From: a bacterium
Lineage (GTDB): Bacteria > Patescibacteriota > Minisyncoccia > Phycocordibacterales > Phycocordibacteraceae
Reading direction: 5' to 3'
Assembly: GCA_021778295.1 (NCBI GenBank)
Contig: JAJYCP010000002.1
Coordinates: 3,027-67,026 of the forward strand
Length of the DNA: 64,000 bases
Shown: in pieces, positions 60,692-64,000 of the stretch
How the letters are laid out: each line of letters starts with the position of its first letter
Numbering within the stretch: the stretch's first letter is position 1
Made by a program: the position numbers and the translations under genes
The notes under the pieces: model-generated
What the model was told of the DNA's origin: nothing
What the model saw: the letters and a program-made list of their open reading frames with translations, nothing else
Database searches by the model: none

Positions 60692-60964
60692 CTAGTTTTT
60701 CGCGGTGGCGGGTGCATTCTTCGCACGAGCGATCACAAAATGCTTCAGTTTTGAAATCGGCCGTGTCGCGACGATGGTGACTTTATCGCCAACCTGAACC
60801 GTGTTCCCCGGATCGTGCGCAAGGTACTTCTTCGAGCGGATGAAATACTTCTTGTACTTCGGGTGCTTCACAAAGCGATCGACGCGGACTGTTGCCGTAT
60901 CTTTCATAGCCGTCCTTACGACGACGCCGGCAAATGACTGGGGACGAGGAGCGTGCTGTTCCAT
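60692..60964 (-). CDS. rpsQ: 30S ribosomal protein S17
   Basis: F.GVVV...M.DTATVRVDR...HPKY.K......K.. AHD and GD.V.I...RP.SK.K. Confidence 0.93.
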   Translation of the reverse strand: MEQHAPRPQSFAGVVVRTAMKDTATVRVDRFVKHPKYKKYFIRSKKYLAHDPGNTVQVGDKVTIVATRPISKLKHFVIARAKNAPATAKN

Positions 60965-60968
60965 AAGT

Positions 60969-61151
60969 TTAGGCGGCTCGGCGCGTCCGAGCATGCTGCT
61001 CGGTCAGCACGCGCGCGATAGTCTTGCGCAGCTTTTTTGGCGAGCTCGAATCTTTCGGGCGCGCCCCCGCAGCCGCAAAACGCTCCGTACGCAGGTGAGT
61101 ACGGGTATCGAGAAGGAGTTTCGCAAGCTCCTGATCCGTTTTGGTCGTCAT
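60969..61151 (-). CDS. rpmC: 50S ribosomal protein L29
   Basis: Assigned from its position between rplP and rpsQ, its helical Lys/Arg-rich ~60-aa product and KK.RK.IARV.T. ATG 61169 is an alternative start. Confidence 0.85.
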   Translation of the reverse strand: MTTKTDQELAKLLLDTRTHLRTERFAAAGARPKDSSSPKKLRKTIARVLTEQHARTRRAA

Positions 61152-61190
61152 AGTGTTCTTTTTTACCATAAAAATATAAAAAAGCAATAA

Positions 61191-61613
61191 TTAGTGTCGT
61201 GTGATAATTGATGTTTTGACCGGCAGTTTCATGCTCGCCTGGCGCAAATGGGCGCGCGCGATGCTTTCGGCGACGCCATCGATCTCGAAAAGCACGCGTC
61301 CCGGACGCACTTCAAATACATAGTGCTTCGGATCGCCCTTGCCGCTTCCCATGCCTACTTCCGCGGGCTTGGCGGTTACCGGCCTATCCGGAAAGATACG
61401 GATCCACAGCTTGCCTGTTTTTGCGGTTGCGCGAGTAAGAACTTTGCGCGCCGCTTCGATCTGATTGCTCGTCATGCGCGCGCTCGTGAGCGCTTTCAAA
61501 GCGAACGAACCGAAGACAATGGTCGTACCGCGGGTATCGGGACGGCTCAAGCGCTTCGCGCTTTTGCGCTGCGTTTGCCATTTGCGGTGTTTTACTTTTT
61601 TTGGAAATAACAT
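61191..61613 (-). CDS. rplP: 50S ribosomal protein L16
   Basis: MLFPKKVKHRK.Q, G...L.A......T..QIEAAR and W.R.FPD.P.T.KP.E..MG.GKG. Confidence 0.95.
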   Translation of the reverse strand: MLFPKKVKHRKWQTQRKSAKRLSRPDTRGTTIVFGSFALKALTSARMTSNQIEAARKVLTRATAKTGKLWIRIFPDRPVTAKPAEVGMGSGKGDPKHYVFEVRPGRVLFEIDGVAESIARAHLRQASMKLPVKTSIITRH

Positions 61614-61633
61614 ACAAAAATGTATACCCGGGA

Positions 61634-62338
61634 TTAGCCGCGGGCCGGTTCGCCCGAAGGCAGACGCACTGAAGTCTTCTTATCCTGATACACGTTCCCG
61701 CGATAAATCCATACCTTGATACCGATGACGCCGTACGGGAGATGCGCTACTTCATGTGCGAAGTCGATGTCGGCGCGAAACGTCTGCAGCGGAATACGCC
61801 CTTTTTTGAGCTCCTCCTTGCGGCTCATTTCCGCGCCGCCAAGCCTGCCAGAGACCGTGATGCGCACCCCTTCGACCTCGCGCGCCGCGATGACTTTTTC
61901 AACCGTTTGCTTCAACACGCGGCGGAATGGCATCCGCTTTTCAAGTCCCTCCGCGACCATGTAGGCAACCGCGGCGGCATCCGTTTCCGGCTGACGTACT
62001 TCGTTAATATCAAATTTGAGCGTGCGACGGTCTCCGGGTGCCACGCGGCGTATCGTCTCTGAGATTTCTTTCCGCAATTTCGTCGCATTCTCGCCCGAAC
62101 GGCCGATGACGAGACCCGGGCGCGATGTCGAAAGGATGACGCGCAGTTCGCTTTCCGAACGTTCGATTTCAATGCCGCTCGTGTAGGTCCCGCGCAGCCG
62201 TTTGGCAAGGAACCGGCGGATCGTCTCATCGATCTTGATATTCTCGCGATAGCTTTTCTTATCGCGCGCGAACCAGCGGCTTTTCCAGTCTCGGATGATA
62301 CCGAGACGGTGCGCGTAAGGATGTACGGTGTGCGTCAT
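61634..62338 (-). CDS. rpsC: 30S ribosomal protein S3
   Basis: HP...RLGI...W.S.WFA (KH domain) and GRL.GAEM.R.E....GR.PL.T..A.ID. Confidence 0.95.
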   Translation of the reverse strand: MTHTVHPYAHRLGIIRDWKSRWFARDKKSYRENIKIDETIRRFLAKRLRGTYTSGIEIERSESELRVILSTSRPGLVIGRSGENATKLRKEISETIRRVAPGDRRTLKFDINEVRQPETDAAAVAYMVAEGLEKRMPFRRVLKQTVEKVIAAREVEGVRITVSGRLGGAEMSRKEELKKGRIPLQTFRADIDFAHEVAHLPYGVIGIKVWIYRGNVYQDKKTSVRLPSGEPARG

Positions 62339-62345
62339 AAATAAT

Positions 62346-62666
62346 TTATGCGAGCGTCACCTTGACGCGGCTTTTGCGGCGACGGATGAGCGAGGCGCGG
62401 CCGAAAGCGCGGGGCATGTAGCGCTTCAGCGTGCCGGCACTCTCGACGGTTATTGCATGAACCGTCAATTCTTCGGGATTCTCGCCCTGGCGCTTCGCAT
62501 TCTCCGCGGCGCTCTTGATGAGTTTCGCGATAGGTTCTGCGGCGCGCTTCGGGAGAAATTTGAGCGCAACGAGGGCGGCGGGAATTTTCTTTCCCTTCAC
62601 AAGATCCGTAACGAGCCGCATCTTGCGCGGCGATTGGTTATGACTTTCAAGAGTTGCGTATGCCAT
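62346..62666 (-). CDS. rplV: 50S ribosomal protein L22
   Basis: SPRK.RLV.DL..GK....A...L.F..K.AA. Confidence 0.93.
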   Translation of the reverse strand: MAYATLESHNQSPRKMRLVTDLVKGKKIPAALVALKFLPKRAAEPIAKLIKSAAENAKRQGENPEELTVHAITVESAGTLKRYMPRAFGRASLIRRRKSRVKVTLA

Positions 62667-62669
62667 AGA

Positions 62670-63008
62670 TTACTTCTTTGCAGGGGATTCTTTTGCCGCT
62701 TTCGCTCCGGCAATCTCGGCCTGCTGTTTCTTCTGCTCAATCTCTTTCTGCATTTTACCGCCGTGGCGGATGAATTTTTTGGTCGGCGAGAACTCGCCGA
62801 GACGGTGCCCCACCATATCTTCAGAAACGAGCACTTCGATGTGCTGCTTGCCGTTGTGCACGCCGAAAGTAAAACCGACCATTTCCGGGCTTATCTGGCT
62901 TCTGCGCGCCCACGTGTTAATGACCCCGGCTGATGCCGGTTTTGCGTGGCTGACCTTCTTCAGGAGCTTTGCGTCCACGAAGGGTCCTTTTTTAAGTGAG
63001 CGTGCCAT
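62670..63008 (-). CDS. rpsS: 30S ribosomal protein S19 with a Lys/Ala/Glu-rich C-terminal tail
   Basis: [35 protein letters not shown].... and GH.LGEF.PT. Start moved to ATG 63008. Confidence 0.95.
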   Translation of the reverse strand: MARSLKKGPFVDAKLLKKVSHAKPASAGVINTWARRSQISPEMVGFTFGVHNGKQHIEVLVSEDMVGHRLGEFSPTKKFIRHGGKMQKEIEQKKQQAEIAGAKAAKESPAKK

Positions 63009-63106
63009 GTAAGCAATGAAAAGCCCGCGCAAGCGCGAGGTACCTGAAAGATACAGGAGCGGCGAGGAATCGTCAAACGAGCCCCGACTTTGTTACACTG
63101 TAGCGT

Positions 63107-63847
63107 ATGCGGAAAAATATTTTCGGTATTGCGGTCATCGGTATTGTCCTTGCCGGAATCGTCGTCTACGCCGCTATTCGGCCGATGCCCGTAAAGGCGC
63201 CGACGCCAGGGACAGGCACGCAATCGCGCATCCTTTTACCTGCGGGGGTATATACGGAGCAGTCGCCGGGCTATGCTATCGCCGCAAATTACCCCACCAC
63301 CACCCCCCTGGCGAGCGCCGCAAACGAAAAAGCCATTGCGCAGATACAGAGCTACATCGGCGATACGATTTCCCAGTTCAAAACCAAAGGGAACGTCGCA
63401 TACCCGCCTGGTGGCGCGAAACAAACGCTGCAAATCAAATATCTCGTTTCGTCTTCGCCTCGCACGGTGTCATACATCTTTACCGTCTATGAAAATACGC
63501 TCGGTGTGCACGGTAACCTGTTCTTTCATACGTTCACCTTTGATACGTCAACGGGCGCGGAACTCACGCTCGCCGATCTTTTCGCGCCGAATGCGGCATA
63601 TCTGGACACTCTTTCCGCAATCAGCCGCGCGCAGCTTCCAGGCGTCATAGGGAAAAATGCCGACATAGGCTTCATTACGCGCGGTACCACCCCTGAAGTG
63701 AAGAATTTCGAAAATTTCTTCATTGATAATGGTTATCTTGATATCCTTTTCGACCCGTACCAAGTCGCCCCGTATGCTCTTGGCCCTCAGACACTCCGCA
63801 TCCCCCTCGCTACGCTCGGGGCTATCCTGAATCCGCAATACCGTTAG
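63107..63847 (+). CDS. membrane-anchored DUF3298/DUF4163-like protein
   Basis: N-terminal TM IFGIAVIGIVLAGIVVYAA. The C-terminal part ...FFIDNGYLDILFDPYQVAPYALGPQTLRIPL is typical of DUF3298 ends. Its stop TAG lies inside a repeat-terminus-like TTAGAACCCC. Confidence 0.6.
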   Translation: MRKNIFGIAVIGIVLAGIVVYAAIRPMPVKAPTPGTGTQSRILLPAGVYTEQSPGYAIAANYPTTTPLASAANEKAIAQIQSYIGDTISQFKTKGNVAYPPGGAKQTLQIKYLVSSSPRTVSYIFTVYENTLGVHGNLFFHTFTFDTSTGAELTLADLFAPNAAYLDTLSAISRAQLPGVIGKNADIGFITRGTTPEVKNFENFFIDNGYLDILFDPYQVAPYALGPQTLRIPLATLGAILNPQYR

Positions 63848-63867
63848 AACCCCCTCAAACCCCCGCC
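63844..63867. repeat. solo terminus-like fragment of the MITE-like repeat
   Basis: TTAGAACCCCCTCAAACCCCCGCC resembles the terminus TTAGAACCCAATTCCAAACCCCCGC (reverse complement of the copy 4 end) and then diverges. Confidence 0.5.
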
Positions 63868-63930
63868 TCCCTCTACCAAGATAGCGTCTTCAAGATGTTA
63901 TCTTGGGAGATCGAGGAATCCGGCATATCG

Positions 63931-64000
63931 TTAGAACCCATTTCAAAACTCCAGGCGACGCGAGGGGTATGCCGCAGGAAAGGGCTCTCGGAGCCTGACG
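63931..64000. repeat. MITE-like palindromic repeat, copy 5 (truncated by the window end)
   Basis: TTAGAACCCATTTCAAAACTCCAGGCGACGCGAGGGGTATGCCGCAGGAAAGGGCTCTCGGAGCCTGACG matches the reverse complement of the right half of copy 3. Confidence 0.8.

Overview
GC-rich bacterial chromosomal window, almost fully coding, read with standard code 11 (UGA acts as a stop, and several ATGA start/stop overlaps are present). The gene content suggests a small-genome, Gram-positive-like or CPR/Patescibacteria-like organism. This is inference only, based on no rpmD between rpsE and rplO, a type IV pilus locus without a secretin, many pilin-like genes, comF, and few biosynthetic genes.

Layout:
- 1-1.9 kb: tRNA cluster (Thr, Thr, Asp, Met-type CAU) with an HNH endonuclease and a cupin gene interleaved.
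- 1.9-8.9 kb: ABC exporter, then a redox block. It holds an RnfD-like/FNR-like fusion with ApbE and an FMN-binding protein, followed by a CsoR/CstR-like repressor with rhodanese and a persulfide-dioxygenase-like MBL.
- 9-13.7 kb: accessory block of hypotheticals plus an orphan pilin cassette.
- 13.8-14.8 kb: msrB and msrA.
- 15.1-15.5 kb: an initiator tRNA-fMet gene split by a 341-nt group I intron. I rank this the most interesting feature.
- 16.2-31.6 kb: one long minus-strand array of pilM-N-O, pilB, a CheY-like receiver, pilT, pilC, the major pilin, pilD, four minor pilins, ligA, gatC and gatA, with comF diverging from pilM.
- 31.6-33.8 kb: tRNA-Ser plus a second, lower-GC pilin cassette.
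- 33.8-53 kb: groES/EL, secG, an orphan substrate-binding protein, RNase J, an MFS transporter, two HhH-GPD glycosylases, bcp, VKOR, an ECF sigma with putative anti-sigma, infC-rpmI-rplT, and a beta-CASP nuclease.
- 53.4-63 kb: ndk-map-adk-secY and the spc/S10-type ribosomal operon up to rpsS.

A roughly 145-160 bp, highly palindromic MITE-like repeat with CTAG/TTAG termini occurs at least five times. One copy lies inside the leader-peptide coding region of a minor pilin gene with the frame kept open. Several other copies supply or abut gene stop codons.

No CRISPR array, rRNA, prophage or transposase gene was seen.
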